DNA of 64,000 nt from the NCBI RefSeq assembly GCF_009914755.1, contig NC_060947.1; one strand, written 5' to 3'. This document shows, piece after piece, positions 46,757-60,856 of the stretch. Numbering within the stretch: position 1 is the stretch's first letter; each line of letters opens with the position of its first letter. Source of the DNA: the human T2T-CHM13v2.0 reference genome, Homo sapiens. Under the pieces are notes generated by a model. The model was not told the DNA's origin. It made no database searches and saw only the letters and a list, made by a program, of their open reading frames with translations. The position numbers and the translations under genes were made by a program.

Positions 46757-48095
46757 TTTTTTAATTATTTTATGACAACGAAAGGGATATTTTTAAATGT
46801 ACAGTTCAATAATATTAAGTATATTCACATTGTTATACAACCATCACCACCATCTATCACCAGAATTCTTTTTATCATGCAAGTGATATTTGTAATCATT
46901 AAATAACCTCATGTTCTCAATTCCTGCCACTGGTAAATGCCCTCTTACTTTTTGTCTCTATAAATCTGACTACCCAGGTACCTCCTATAAATGGAATTAT
47001 ACAGTATTTGTGTTTTCGTGACTGGCATATTTTACTTAGCATAATGTCCTAAAGGTTGATTCAAGTTGTAGCATATATCAGAAATTTCCTTTCTTTTTAA
47101 GGCTGAATGAGGTTTTATTGTATCTGTATACCACAGTTTGTTCATCTGCTTATTCATCAATGGACATTTGGATTGCCTCCAGCTTTTGCTTAATGTGCAT
47201 AATGTTGCTATGAACGTGAGTGCTCGAATATCTGAGTTTCTTTTAATTCTTTTGAGTGTATATTCATAAGTGGAATTGCAGGATTATATATTGTAATAAT
47301 ATTTTTGCTTTTTTGAGGAATAATCATGATGTTCTCTATTTTATATTCCCATCAACAGTGAGCAAGAGTTTTAATTTCTCCACATCATTAGCAACATTAG
47401 TATTTTCTCTTTGTTTTTTTCTTTTCTGGTAATAGCCATCCAAATGAATGTGAAATGTTGCCTCCTGGCTTGATTTGCATTTTTCTAAGTAGTGATGGTG
47501 AGCATCTTTTCATGTGCTTATTGAACATTTGTATATCTTCTTTAGGGAAATACCTATTCAAGTCCTTTTCCTATTTTTAAATCTGCTTTTGTCGTTAAGT
47601 TGTAGTTACTTATATATTCAGACTAGTAACTCCTTATCGGATGTATGTCTTAAAAATATTTTCTCCTGGCCAGGCGCAGTGGCTCATGCCTGTAATCCCA
47701 GCACTTTGTGAGGCCAAGGCGGGTGGATCACGAGGTCAGGAGATCCAGCACATCCTGGCTAACATGGTGAAATCCCGTCTCTACTAAAAAAATACAAAAA
47801 AAATTAGCCGGGCCTTGTGGCGGACGCCTGTAGTCCCAGCTATTCAGGAGGCTGAGGCAGGAGAATGGCGTGAAACGGCGAGGTGGAGCTTGCAGTGAGC
47901 CAAGATCGTGCCGCTGTACTCCAGCCTGGGCGACAAGTAAGACTCTGTCTCAAAAAAAAAAAAAAAATTCTCCCACTCTGAGTTGCCTTTTAACATTGTT
48001 GATTGTGTCCTTTGGTGCACAGGTTTTTTTTATTTTGATATAGTCTAATTTTATCTATTTTTTTTGTATTGCTGTGCTTTGGATTGGTGTCATTT
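46757..48095 (-). mobile_element. L1MB-like 3' end split by an AluY
   Basis: AAGTATATTCACATTGTTATACAACCATCACCACC and TTACTTAGCATAATGTC. Confidence 0.8.
47668..47967 (+). mobile_element. AluY-like
   Basis: GATCACGAGGTCAGGAGATC, CCTGGCTAAC, GAGAATGGCGTGAA and GGAGCTTGCAG. Confidence 0.93.
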
Positions 48096-48153
48096 TTCTA
48101 ACTTTCTTTTGCGTTTCCCTTGTCTTTTTGGTTATTTCAAAGTGTGTTGTGTT

Positions 48154-48398
48154 GGCTGGGTTCACTGGTTTATGTCATTTGAACTCAGGACTTCAAGGCC
48201 AGCCTGACCCACATGGTTAGACCCTTTCTGTACAAAAAAAAAAAAAAAAAAAAAAGCTATTCATGGTGTCATGTGCCTGCTGCAGTAGCGGCTGAGGAGG
48301 GAAGATTGCTTACAACCAGGAGGCTGAGGCTGCAAGGAGCCATGTTCCTGCCATTGTAATCCAGCCTGGGAGAGAGAATGAGAACTTGTATCGAAAAA
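48154..48398 (+). mobile_element. Decayed AluJ
   Basis: GAAGATTGCTT...GAGGCTGCA. Expanded A linker and a left-arm deletion. Confidence 0.75.
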
Positions 48399-48404
48399 AT
48401 TGTG

Positions 48405-48512
48405 CTGTATGTTAGTTTAGGCTGCTATAACAAATTACCATAGCTTGGTGGCATAAACAACAATTACCTTCCATAGTTCGGAAGGCCAGAACATACAAGA
48501 TCAAGGTGGCAG
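48405..48512 (-). mobile_element. MLT1 LTR fragment
   Basis: TAGGCTGCTATAACAAATTACCATAG...AAGATCAAGGTGGCAGCA. Confidence 0.65.
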
Positions 48513-48697
48513 CACTGATATTTAATGAGGTTTCTAATGATTTTGTTATAAATATTTTGATATTACTTTATATCAGTGAGGACTCATGGATTTCATGGCT
48601 TATCTTAAAGTTCAAATTCTTCTATATTTACTCAGTGAGTGTCTCTTCAATTTGGCTGTTATTTTTGACATGTCTATTTTTTCAGTGGCATGGTTTC

Positions 48698-51600
48698 TGT
48701 ATTAGTCCATTCTCATGCTGCTAATAAAGACCCTGGATAACTTATAAAGGAAAGCGGCTTAATTTACTCACAGTTCAGCATGGCTGGAGAGGCCTTAGGA
48801 AATTTACCGTCATGGTGGAAGGTGAAAGGGAAACAAGGTACCAACTTCACAAGGCGACAGGAAGGAAAAGCGCAAGCAAGGGAAGTGCCGGACATTTATA
48901 AAACCATCATATCTCAGGAGACTTACTCATTATCATGAGAACAGCATGGTGGAATCTGCCCCCATGATTCATTTACCTCCACCTGGTCCCACCCTTGACA
49001 CATGGGGACTATGGGGATTACAGTTCAAGGTGAGATTTGGGTGGGAACACTGAGCCGAACCATATGATTCCGCAACTGGCCCCTCCCAAAACTCATGTCC
49101 TCATATTTTAAAACCAATCATGCCTTCCCAACAGTCCCTCAAAGTCTTAACTCATTTCAACGTTAACCCAAAAGTCTAAGTTCAAAGTCTCATCTGAGAC
49201 AAGGCAAGTCCCTTCCACCTATGAGCCCATAAAATCAAGAACAAGTTAGTTACTTCCTAGATACAATGGGAGTATAGGCATTGGGTAAATACACCCATTC
49301 TAAATGGGAGAAATTGGCCAGAACAAAGGGGCTGCAAGCCCCATGCAAGTGTAAAATCCAATAGGGCCGTCATTAAACCTTAAAGTTCTAAAATGATCTC
49401 CTTTGACTCCATGTCTCACATCTAGGTCACACTGATGCAAGGGGTATGCTCCCACAGCTCTGGGCAGCTCCACCCCTATGGCTTTGCAGTGTAGAGCCTT
49501 CCTCTTAGCTGCTTTCACGGGCTGGCATTGAGTGTCTGTGGCTTTTCCAGTCGCATGGTGCAAGCTGTTGGTGGATCTACCATTCTGGGGTCTGGAGGAC
49601 AGTGGCCCTCTTCTCACAGCTCCACTAGGCAGTGTCCCAGTGGGGACTCTGTGTAGAGGCTCCACCCCACATTTTGCTTCCACACTGCCCTAGCAGAGGT
49701 TTTCCATGAGGGTTCCCCCACTGCAGCAAACTTCTACCTGGACATCCAAGTGTTTGCATGCATCCTCTGAAATCTATGCAGAGGTTCTCAAACCTCAATT
49801 ATTTACTTCTGTGCACCCAGAGGCTCAAAACCACATGGAAGCTGCCAAGGCTTGGGGTTTGCACCCTCTGAAGCAATGGCCCAAGCTGTACCTTGGCCCC
49901 TTTTAGCTACAGCTGTAGCTGAAGCAGCTGGGACATAAGGTACCATGTCCTGAGGTTGTACAGAGCAGGGAGGCTCTGAGCCTGGCCCAGGAAACCATTT
50001 TTATCTCCTAGGCCTCGAGGCCTGTGATGGGAGGGGATGCTGTGAAGGTCTCTGATGTGCCCTGGGGACATTTTCCCCATTGTATTGGTGATTAACATTT
50101 GGATCTCTGTTACTTATGCAAATTTGTGCAGAGGGCTTGAATTTCTCCTCAGAAAATGGGTTTTTCTTTTCTATTGCATTGACAGTCTGCAAATTTTCTG
50201 AACTTTTATGCTCTGCTTCCTCTTGAATGCTTTGCCACTTAGAAATTTATTCTGCCAGATTGTTACAATCTACCCATCTGACAAAGGGCTAATATCCAGA
50301 ATCTACAAAGAACTTAAACAAATTTACAAGAAAAATCAAACAACCCCATCAAAAAGTGGGCAAAGGATATGAACAGACGCTTCTCAAAAGAAGACATTTA
50401 TGCAGCCAGCAGACACATGAAAAAATGCTCATCATCACTGGCCATCAGAGAAATGCAAATCAAAACCACAATGAGATACCATCTCACACCATTTAGAATG
50501 GCGATCATTAAAAAGTCAGGAAACAACAGATGCTGGAGAGGATGTGGAGAAATAGGAACACTTTTACACTACTGGTGGGACTGTAAACTAGTTCAACCAT
50601 TGTGGAAGACAGTGTGGCAATTCCTCAGGGATCTAGAACTAGAAATAACATTTGACCCAGCCATCCCATTACTGTGTATATATCCAAAGAATTATAAATC
50701 ATGCTGCTATAAAGACACATGCACACATATATTTATTGCGGCACTATTCACAATAGCAAAGACTTGGAACCAACCCAAATGTTCATCAATGATAGACCGG
50801 ATTAAGAAAATGTGGCACATAGACACCATGGAATACTATGCAGCCATAAAAAAGGATGAGTTCATGTCCTTTATAGGGACATGGATGAAGCTGGAAACCA
50901 TCATTCTGAGCAAACTATCGCAAGGACGGAAAATCAAACACTGCACGTTCTCACTCATAGGTGGGAATTCAACAATGAGAAGAGCTGGACTCGGGATGGG
51001 GAACATCACACACCAGGGCCTGTTGTGGAGTGGGGGAATGGGGGAGGGATAGCATTAGGAGATATACCTAATGTTAAATGACGAGTTAATGGGTGCAGCA
51101 CACCAACATGGCACATGTATACATACGTAACAAACCTACACGTTGTGGTACCCTAGAACTTAAAGTATAATAATAAAAAAAAAAAAAACTGCGTGTAGGA
51201 GCCAGCCATAGTTATGCCAATGAGCTTTAAAAGAGATCGATAATTCAGGTAAATAAATATTTTTTCTTCCAAAACGAAACAAAACAAACAGAAAAAAAAG
51301 AAATTTATTCTGCCAGTTACCCTAAATAATCTCTCAAGTTCAAAGTTCCACAGATCTCTAGAGCAGGGGCAAAATGCTGCCAGTCTTTTTTCTAAAGCAT
51401 AGGAAGAGTCACCTTTATTCCAGTTCCCAATAAGTTTCTCACCTCCATCTGAGATGACCACAGCCTGGGCTTCATTGTCCAGATCACTATCAGCATTTTG
51501 GTGAAAAACATTCACCAAGTCTCTAGGAAGTTACAGACTTTCCCACATCTTCCTCTCTTCTTCTGAGCCCTCCAAACTGTTCCAACCTCTGTCCATTACC

Positions 51601-52050
51601 TAGTTCCAAAGTGGCTTCCACATTTTCAGATATCTTTATAGCAGGATCCCACTGCCTTGGTACCAATTTACTGTATTAGTCTGTTCTTACAGTGCTAATA
51701 AAGTTATACCCGAGACCGAGTAATTTCTGAAGGAAAGAGGTTTAATTGACTCACAGTTCATCATGGTTGGGGAGGCCTCAGGAAATGTACAAACATGGTG
51801 GAAGGCAAAGGGAAACCAAGGTACCTTCTTCACAATGCGACAGGAAGGAGAAGTGCAAGCAGGATAAATGCCAGATGCTTATAAAATCATCAGATCTTGT
51901 GAGACTCACTCATTATCACGAGAACAGCATGGGGGAAACTGCCCCCATGATTAAAGTACCTCCACCTGGTCCTGCCTTTGATACTTGGGGACTAGGGGGA
52001 TTACAATTCAAGGTGACATTTGGGTGAGGACACAGAGCCAAATCATATCA
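48698..52050 (-). mobile_element. Complete THE1 (THE1C/D-like) MaLR element: LTR 48698-49067, internal region, LTR 51672-52050
   Basis: Two homologous LTRs (TGTATTAGT...CATAT(G/C)A) and THE1-int sequence. Polypurine tract on minus next to the 3' LTR (TGGCCCCTCCC on plus). TSD GT(T/G)TC. Confidence 0.92.
50259..51298 (+). mobile_element. 5'-truncated L1PA4/5-like element with a 3' transduction, inside THE1-int
   Basis: ORF2 C-terminus, 3' UTR, A-tail to 51188, 82 unique bp and a second A-rich tail. Perfect TSD AGAAATTTATTCTGCCAG at 50241-50258 and 51299-51316. Confidence 0.95.
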
Positions 52051-52888
52051 GTGTCTGAGATTACTCAAGAGAGGCTACTGGATTCAACATCTAATATGCC
52101 ACAATTCCTCCAGGTGTGGCAACTCATGCCGCTCTGTACTAGTTGAGAGATCTACCAAACAGGTATCCTGCCATGTGAGAGTATGTATGTAGTCAATTTT
52201 CATACTCTTTTGGGTTGTCACCACGCTTAGATACTCACATAGTGTACGTTTCATCCCTCGCCCACTCTGGAACCCTTATCACACATGAAACACTTTCTAT
52301 CCATTCTTCACAATGCCATATTATATTCCTCGTTCACCTGACATTCCTCAAAAAAGTATACCTTGAATGCTTAATTTAGATCAGTCCATTACATTATACT
52401 CATGTGAACACCTCTATTTTATTTATATAGCCTTAACATAAATTTTAATTTTTATATGTGTGCTTATTTATTTTCTATCTCTCTCAGTATATTACATGTT
52501 CCTTAAGGTTAGTAACTAGATAGGTTGTGTTTATTTCTGTATTTCTAGCAACTAGTATCTAAACACATAGTAGGCTCTCAATAAACATCTATTTAATGAA
52601 TGCAAATTGTGATTTAAAGAGAAGAAAACTCAGTTTAATAACGTCCAAGACTCTCAAGTTTATTTTGTTACTAAGTTCCCATATTTTTGCTGCCTACTTG
52701 TTGCATGTATCTAGCAGAAAGCTCAGTTAAATATTACTTCATACAGCTTTCATGTCTTTTCTTGCAAAAATTGCCACTATTTGAGGTTTAGAGCGTCTGT
52801 AATACTAGGGCAATTGAAAAAAAAACTGCACTGTGTCCATGCTAAAGACATCATATTCAAGAACTCTAAATAGTTCTGTCTTAGTGGC

Positions 52889-53350
52889 TGTGTTAGTTTT
52901 CTAGGGTTGCCATAACAAAATATCACAAACTGGTAGGTTAAACAACAGAAATATATTTCTTAAAGTTCTGGAGTGTGAAAATCTAAAATCAAAGTGTTGG
53001 CAGAACTGGTTTCTTCTGAGATCTCTCTCCTTGCCTTGGAGATAACTTTGTTCATATTGTGTCCTCACATGGCTTTTTCTCTGTGTTTATGCATCCTTGT
53101 TATCTCTTCCTCTTCATATAAGAACACCAGTCATATTGGATTGGGGCCACATCCCTATGAGCTCATTTATCTCTGACTACTTCTTCAAAAAAACCATGTA
53201 TACATTATATTCCCATTTTTTTTTTTTTTTTGCTGTCTACTTCTTGTTCCATGTATCTAGCAAAAAACTCAGTTAAATCTCCAAATACAATTGCACTGGG
53301 GTTAGAGATTCAACATATGGATTTAAGAGTACACGATTCAGTTCATAACA
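52889..53350 (-). mobile_element. MLT1A/B-like MaLR solo LTR with a templated insert
   Basis: TGTGTTAGTTTTCTAGGGTTGCCATAACAAAAT...TTCAGTTCATAACA. Confidence 0.82.
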
Positions 53351-53941
53351 GCAGCTGTCTTTGTTTTATTCAGTTTTGACACCATGCCTGCACTAAAAAT
53401 TCCATATCCTGGTTTTTTGGTTAAATGAACACAAAAATCTATAACACTCGGGTGGAAGTAAAGAAACATTTAAAATTTTTTCAGCATTTTGCAATTGGTT
53501 CTTTTTTCATTTTGTTACTAAATGCAAAAAGGAGCCTGTATTACCATATTGATAAGAATTTCCTCAAGTATCTTCAAATATATTAAATGCAAATTTTTTT
53601 CTGTTTAGCTTATTAAAAACTTGATACAATTCACAAATAATATTAGCTAATATTTGATTTTCCCTAAAATGGTCAGATTATTTTTTAAAAATCTCATTTC
53701 CTACATCAATTGCTTCAGATATTTATTTGAATGGCATGCATTCAAAAGGTACACAGTTGGAAGCTCTGAGTACCTGCAAGATATTTTGAAAGTAATACCT
53801 GAGTTACTACCAATGTCTACAAGGTTTCCTTTTGAACTGATGATTGATTTCAAAATATACTTCAAGTATACTTCAAGACTATAGTAATCAAAATAGCATT
53901 GTACCAGCATAAAAACAGACACAGAGATTAATGCAACAGAA

Positions 53942-54036
53942 TAGGGACGGCAGAAATAAATCCATGCATTTAAAGTCAATTGGTCTTTAGGGATGGCAGA
54001 AATAAATCCATGCATTTAAAGTCAATTGGTCTTTAG
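53942..54036 (+). repeat. 46-bp tandem duplication
   Basis: TAGGGA(C/T)GGCAGAAATAAATCCATGCATTTAAAGTCAATTGGTCTT twice, followed by TAG. Confidence 0.97.
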
Positions 54037-55217
54037 CATAGGTACCAATAACAGACGATGGAGAAAGGGGAGACTTCAATAAAGGGTGTTGGGAGAATTG
54101 GATATTCCTATGCAATAAAAAAGACATTGACCATTATCTCACACCATATAAAAAAATTAACTCAAAATGGATTAAATACTTAAATGTTACACCTGAAAGT
54201 GTAAAACTATTAGAAGTAAACAGAGAAAAAGCTCCTTGACATTTGTCTTGGCACTGATTTTTTAGATATGATACCAAAAGCACAGGAAACAAAAGTAGCA
54301 TTAGAAAATGGGATTATATCAAACTAAGAAGCTTCTGCACAGCAAAGAAAGCAACCAACAGAATGAAGAGACAAGCTATGGAACTGGAAGAACATTTTTG
54401 CAAATTGTACATCTGATAAGGGGTTAGTATCCAAAATATATAAAAATTTCAAACAACTCAATAGTAAGAAAATAAATAACTCAGTTTAAAAATAGGCAAA
54501 GAACCTGAATAGACATTCCTCAAAAGAAAACATACAAATGGCAAACAGGTATATTAAAAAAAAGAGTCCAACACCATTAATCATTAGGGAAATGAAAATT
54601 AAAACCATAATAAATTATGACTTCACACCTGCTAGAATGGCTATATCAAAAAGACAAAAGATAAAAAATGTTAGCAAGGATGTGGGAAAAAGGGAAGCCT
54701 TGTCCAATGTCAATGAGAACGTGCATTGAGTGCAACCACTGTGGAAAACAGTGTGGAAGTTCCTCTAAAAATTAAAAATAAGACGACTATATAGTCCAGC
54801 AATTTCACTTCTGAGTACACATTCAATGGAAGTGTAATTGCTGTGTTGCAGAACTGTCTACAGTCCCATATTCATTGCAATACTATTCACAATAGTCAAG
54901 GTATAGAAGCAATCTAAATGCCCATTGACAGATCAATTAAAAAGAAAATCTCATACACACACGCACACACACAGAAACAATGGTATACTATTCAGGCTCA
55001 AAAAAGAAAGCCTGTCATTTATTACAACATAGAAGAACGTAGAGGACATCATGCTTAGTGAAGTAAGCGAAGCACAGAAAGACAAATACTGCCTGACCTC
55101 ACTTTTATGTGGAATCTAAAAAAGTTGAACTCATAGAAGCAGAAGGTAGAATACAGCCCCTTGCCAGGGACTGAGGATGGGGAAGAATGGGCAGATGTTG
55201 GTTAAAAAGAAACACGG

Positions 55218-55870
<653 letters not shown>

Positions 55871-58269
55871 AACAGTTTTAGTTAGCAGATTGAATAATTC
55901 TGAGATCTATTTTCCAGTACAATGACTATAGTTAAGAATAACATACTGTATACTTGATCATTTTTAAGAGAGTAGATCTTAAATGTTCAAATCACAAAAA
56001 ATGATAAGTGAGATGATGGATATTTTAATTAGATTATTTTCATCATTTTACAAGGTATACATACGTCAAAACATCACATTGTATACCATAAATATATACA
56101 ATTTTTATCTTTCTATTATACCCTAATAAAGCTGGGGGGAAAAACAAAGAAAATATTCTTAACATAAATTGTGGTGATGGTTGCAAAACATTTTGAATCT
56201 AGTTAAAAAGAAACTGTGAGACTTAAAATGGTGAATTTTATAGTTGGTAAATAATAGCTAAATAAATATGTTTTTAAAAGTTAGTCTTTAATCTTTTATT
56301 AATCCAGTTTTTATAAATGATTTTCAACTAACAAAATTTCCTCAGTATATTAAAGTCAGAGTTAGACTTATAAGTAATTGAAAACCAGAGGAAAATAAAT
56401 GAAAACATATAAAGGGCTCTCCAACTTCTTGAAACTAAGAAAAGTGAGAATCTTCATCACTCATATTTTTTAAACTCTCGATTTTCTTGGCTCTAAAGAT
56501 GCAAACCAAATTCCTGAAGTTCAATTATTACAGCTAAAGTTTCTCTTTCTGTCAGTCATCTCATGTCAGAAAACATCTTACGCAAAAAATAATAATAATA
56601 ATAATAGCTTTCTTATGATGACAAGCATAGTTTCTACTTTTCCTAAATGGACAAGGTATTTTAAGTGATTCACGTTGTTCACTGCTTACACTGATAATTC
56701 AGTATGTGGATCTTGATTAGCTTTTACCAGGACAAAATAATGTTCTTTACTCAGGGTGAGATTTAAGCACCAACATTTAGAAAATGAGTCTTGAGTCAGT
56801 TTTATAGAATTTCTTTCATTACTTCAATTGCTTTGTCCTGATGAAGTAAATCATATTCTGTAATAAGGATTGGTACTTAATATCAAGTGTTTAAAATTTT
56901 TAGTTGTAAAATGACCCTTGAAAAATAATTTTAAGTAAAGCTTGTAACAATTAATGTTTATTAATTGTCAAAGTTGCCTAAATGTCTGCAGTTACAGACA
57001 GAAAAATATCTCCAAATCTGGAACTTACAGTTTTGCCTTTCTGTTGAGCTGATTAGCAAATGCAGCTCATGTTTACTCTCCATCTAATAGATTGAGGGTG
57101 TTTGTTTTAAATGTTTAACAAATTTCCTCAGTAACCTACTTATTTAAAAATATCTACATTTCCTCCTCTTGTTTCATGTAGACAGAACCTATGATTTTCT
57201 ATCCAAGAAAGGTTTGGCTATTTTGAATGACCTTTTTCACGAACTTGAATTGTGTTCTATTCCTCTTTGTTTCTCTGTGAATGATACATAAGCTTGGGAA
57301 AATGTTGCTGGATTTCTCTGAGCATAGAATGCAGAGATTCCCAGAGTTCTCAGAGCTTGGTTACAATGCCTACTTCAGCCTGGCAGCGTGCCTAAGGGGC
57401 TGAGGGCCCAAGGCTGTTTTTGAAAGGAAAGACCTAGAGAAGCCAAGGAAGAGGAGAATCCGTCTTTAATTTAAAAGGGAGTCCAGTTTGATCAGTTACA
57501 CTAGCTTACTGTGTCTACATGTGGTCACAGAATTCACTGAAAAGCTGATTGATCTGAAATAGTCAGTTTTTGCCTGGCCAATCACATTAGCCATGAAATA
57601 GATATCATTCCGTCACTATTCAAATGCATCTAATTCAGACCCATTGCAGGTTATCTTAAGGAAAATGGATTTTGAAAAGAAGGTCTTCAAGCTGCTGTGT
57701 GAAGGAAGGATGGGAGAGGAGAATCTGGGAGGCTTCTGTCTTTCCATGGCAGTTCTGTCAGTTAATAGCCTTCTCAAGCTACTTTCTGCATATGTACTGT
57801 GTCACATTCTTTTTTTTCTACCACTACTAATTAATTTTTAATGGAAGTAATAGCTTCACCTCTCAATTCAGGCCCTTAGATCACCCAGCCTAATGGCCCT
57901 GAATATGCAGTGTTTCTTTGTAAGGAATGATATTAATCCTGATTCGGAGCTTGCAGTTTGGAAAGAAAATGAAATTCTCTTTAGATTGGTTTGCTCCACT
58001 TGAATGAATAGCTGGCCTTCTCTCTTGACTGGCAATACTTCCCTGATTTGTATTTAAAACTCATTCCTCTACTTTGAGACGAATATTTCTGAAAGTTAAA
58101 AAACAGGGGTTTTTGTTAAATTTCTCAAGCACAATTTCCCTTAGCAAATTACAGAATCACAAAATGCCAAAGCTGGAAGGAAATTTTAGAAATCATTTAC
58201 TCCTATCCTTGCACTGTACAGAAAAAATATAGAAATCTTCAGTGAGAAGTTGGGTTAAAATTTGAAGGT

Positions 58270-58800
58270 CTTGTTTAGCTTGTACTAAGAAATGTGGACT
58301 TTGTCCTGGAGGTGATCAGAGGCAGTTGAGTGTTATTGTAGTTTTTGTTTTCGTGGGAGGAGGTCAGAGTTTAGAAAGATCACTCTGGCAGCAGTTTAAA
58401 GGACAGTTTAAGGAGGGAGAAACTAAAGCTCAAGGAGAGTAGTTAAGGATCTGTTTACTATTCCTGCTAAGAGTTAATGTAGGACTAAGCTAGGACATTG
58501 TATATCAGCATGAAGACAAGAACATAGATAAGTGCTATTGAAGAGACAGTATCTGCAGGAATTTGTGAATGATTGAATGTAGTGGGAGAAGGAGAAGGAG
58601 GAGTTGGGAATTATTCATTGGTAGGCAAGCTAAATAGGCGTGCCATTCGATGTGATAAGGACTACAGCATAAGGATTGATGAAAATTTTTGGTTTTGTGA
58701 ATAACAATATTAAAAACACAACAACTCAATATTATAATAATATTGAGTTGTAGAGATATGAGAAACACCATTGAGGGATGTCTAATAGTTGTGAAATTAA
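58270..58800 (-). mobile_element. L2 fragment
   Basis: TTTAGAAAGATCACTCTGGCAGCAG motif. Confidence 0.6.
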
Positions 58801-58924
58801 TAGATTTCATCACTAAACACATATGATTGATATATGTTCTGATCACCTAAATTATCAAATATATTTGTCTTCATTTATTTAAGAGAGAGTGAAGTCTTAG
58901 AAGACTATTTTAATTTTCTTTCTA

Positions 58925-59405
<481 letters not shown>

Positions 59406-59665
59406 CTAGTTTCTTTTATTAGTAAGAAACTTGAGGAGGTGGAACATGTGTAATTCCTGTCACCGAAATTTGACTTTAAGGAATCTTCACATGCGTATTC
59501 TTCATGCACTGTGGAATCTCAGATGGCGTTGGCATTCTAAAGTTTTGTCTGTCAACTGGCTGTCAATGTTTCTAAGAACATCCGCACACTTTAATTGGAG
59601 TATTCAGTTATCATCTGGGAAACCACCGGGAATACTTTGACATCCAGGTGTTTCCCAGAGTGATC

Positions 59666-60856
59666 TGTCAACTGAAAGGAAAAAAAATAAAACAACGACA
59701 AAAAACGGAGGCAAAATTAACATAAATAGAGTGTTTTGTTAGCAGTGGAAGTTATCTGAGTTACCGGCGGTGAATTTGTACAGGTCTACAGCAATCTCAC
59801 TTCTTGCCTCCTCAGAAAAAAGAATTCGACGGAGGGGCATAAGGCAGAAGAAGAGACTGAGGCAAGTTTTAGAGCAGGAGTGGAAGTTTATTAAAAGGCT
59901 TTAGAGCAGGAACAAAAGGAAGGAAAGTACACTTGGAAGACACAAACGGGCAACTTGAAGGACAAGTGCTCTGTTTGACCTTGGACTTAAAGTTTTGTAT
60001 GCTGGGAAACTTCTAGCAGCTTGCATCCCATTTCTCTTGATTCTTTCCTTACAGTGAACTGCCCGCATGTGCGGTGGCATGCTAGCACTTGGGGGGTGAG
60101 TACACACAGTGTGTTTACTGGAGTTGTACACATGCTCACCTGAGGCATTCTTCCCTTTTCTGCTGGAATGCCCCTGGACAGTCATATACCAGTTAAACTC
60201 CACCATGTTGCCTCTTAATGTGTATGCTTGAGCCCACTTGCCCAGTTCCCGAGCTCTTATTAGGAAGATGCTGATCACCAGTTTCAGGTGTTTTTATCTT
60301 TTTGGAAACTGCCTTTCCCTGGAGCTGGCTGTGACTAATCATTATTTTGGACAGGCAGTGTGACAACTGCCTGATCATAACCTGATAATTGCCTGACATT
60401 GTGCTGGGGTAGGGGGAGCCCTCTCCTGCCCGGCTCATGCCTGACTAGCTATCTACTGTACCAATTTGTGCCAAATTTGAGGACTATAACACAGGATCGT
60501 AGATTCAACTTGCCCTAAATATACACTTCCATATACAGCAGTTACAAGTGGGTTTTAAAAACGAAGTGCATGGCGTGGGAAGTAAGGATAGTCCCCAAAT
60601 TGTTTACTAAGAATTTACATCAAAATAGCATAAGTTATTCGTTGGCTGTACATTATTCTTTGTATCATCAATTTCAGGAAAATGAAGATAATGAATGAGG
60701 CAGCTAGTCAGAGAACAAAGTGCCTTTAAACAATTGACCCCAGGCTTAGGTGTAGGGGGCAAGACTGAAGTGTCATAATCATGTATCTCTCTGGACCTGA
60801 TAAATTTTGCATACCTCACATAGCTCAGATTGCTTTGAGCTGTTTTTCTTTTCTCA
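59666..60856 (-). mobile_element. ERV1 (MER4-group) solo LTR of unresolved family, interrupted by MER50
   Basis: TG...CA termini (TGTCAACTG and TTTTCTCA). Perfect 4-bp TSD GATC at 59662-59665 and 60857-60860. The polyA signal (TTTATT on plus) is split by the MER50 insertion. Confidence 0.72.
59737..60463 (-). mobile_element. MER50-like ERV1 solo LTR
   Basis: Minus strand starts TGGTACAGTAGATAGCTAGTCAGGCATGAGC...GGGCAGGAGAGGGCTCCCC. TSD (G/A)TTT. Confidence 0.85.

Noticed and set aside
50369-51052. 227-aa ORF with a novel C-terminus
   Set aside because: It is the ORF2 end of a promoterless truncated L1. The stop changed from TGA to TCA, giving read-through into the 3' UTR.
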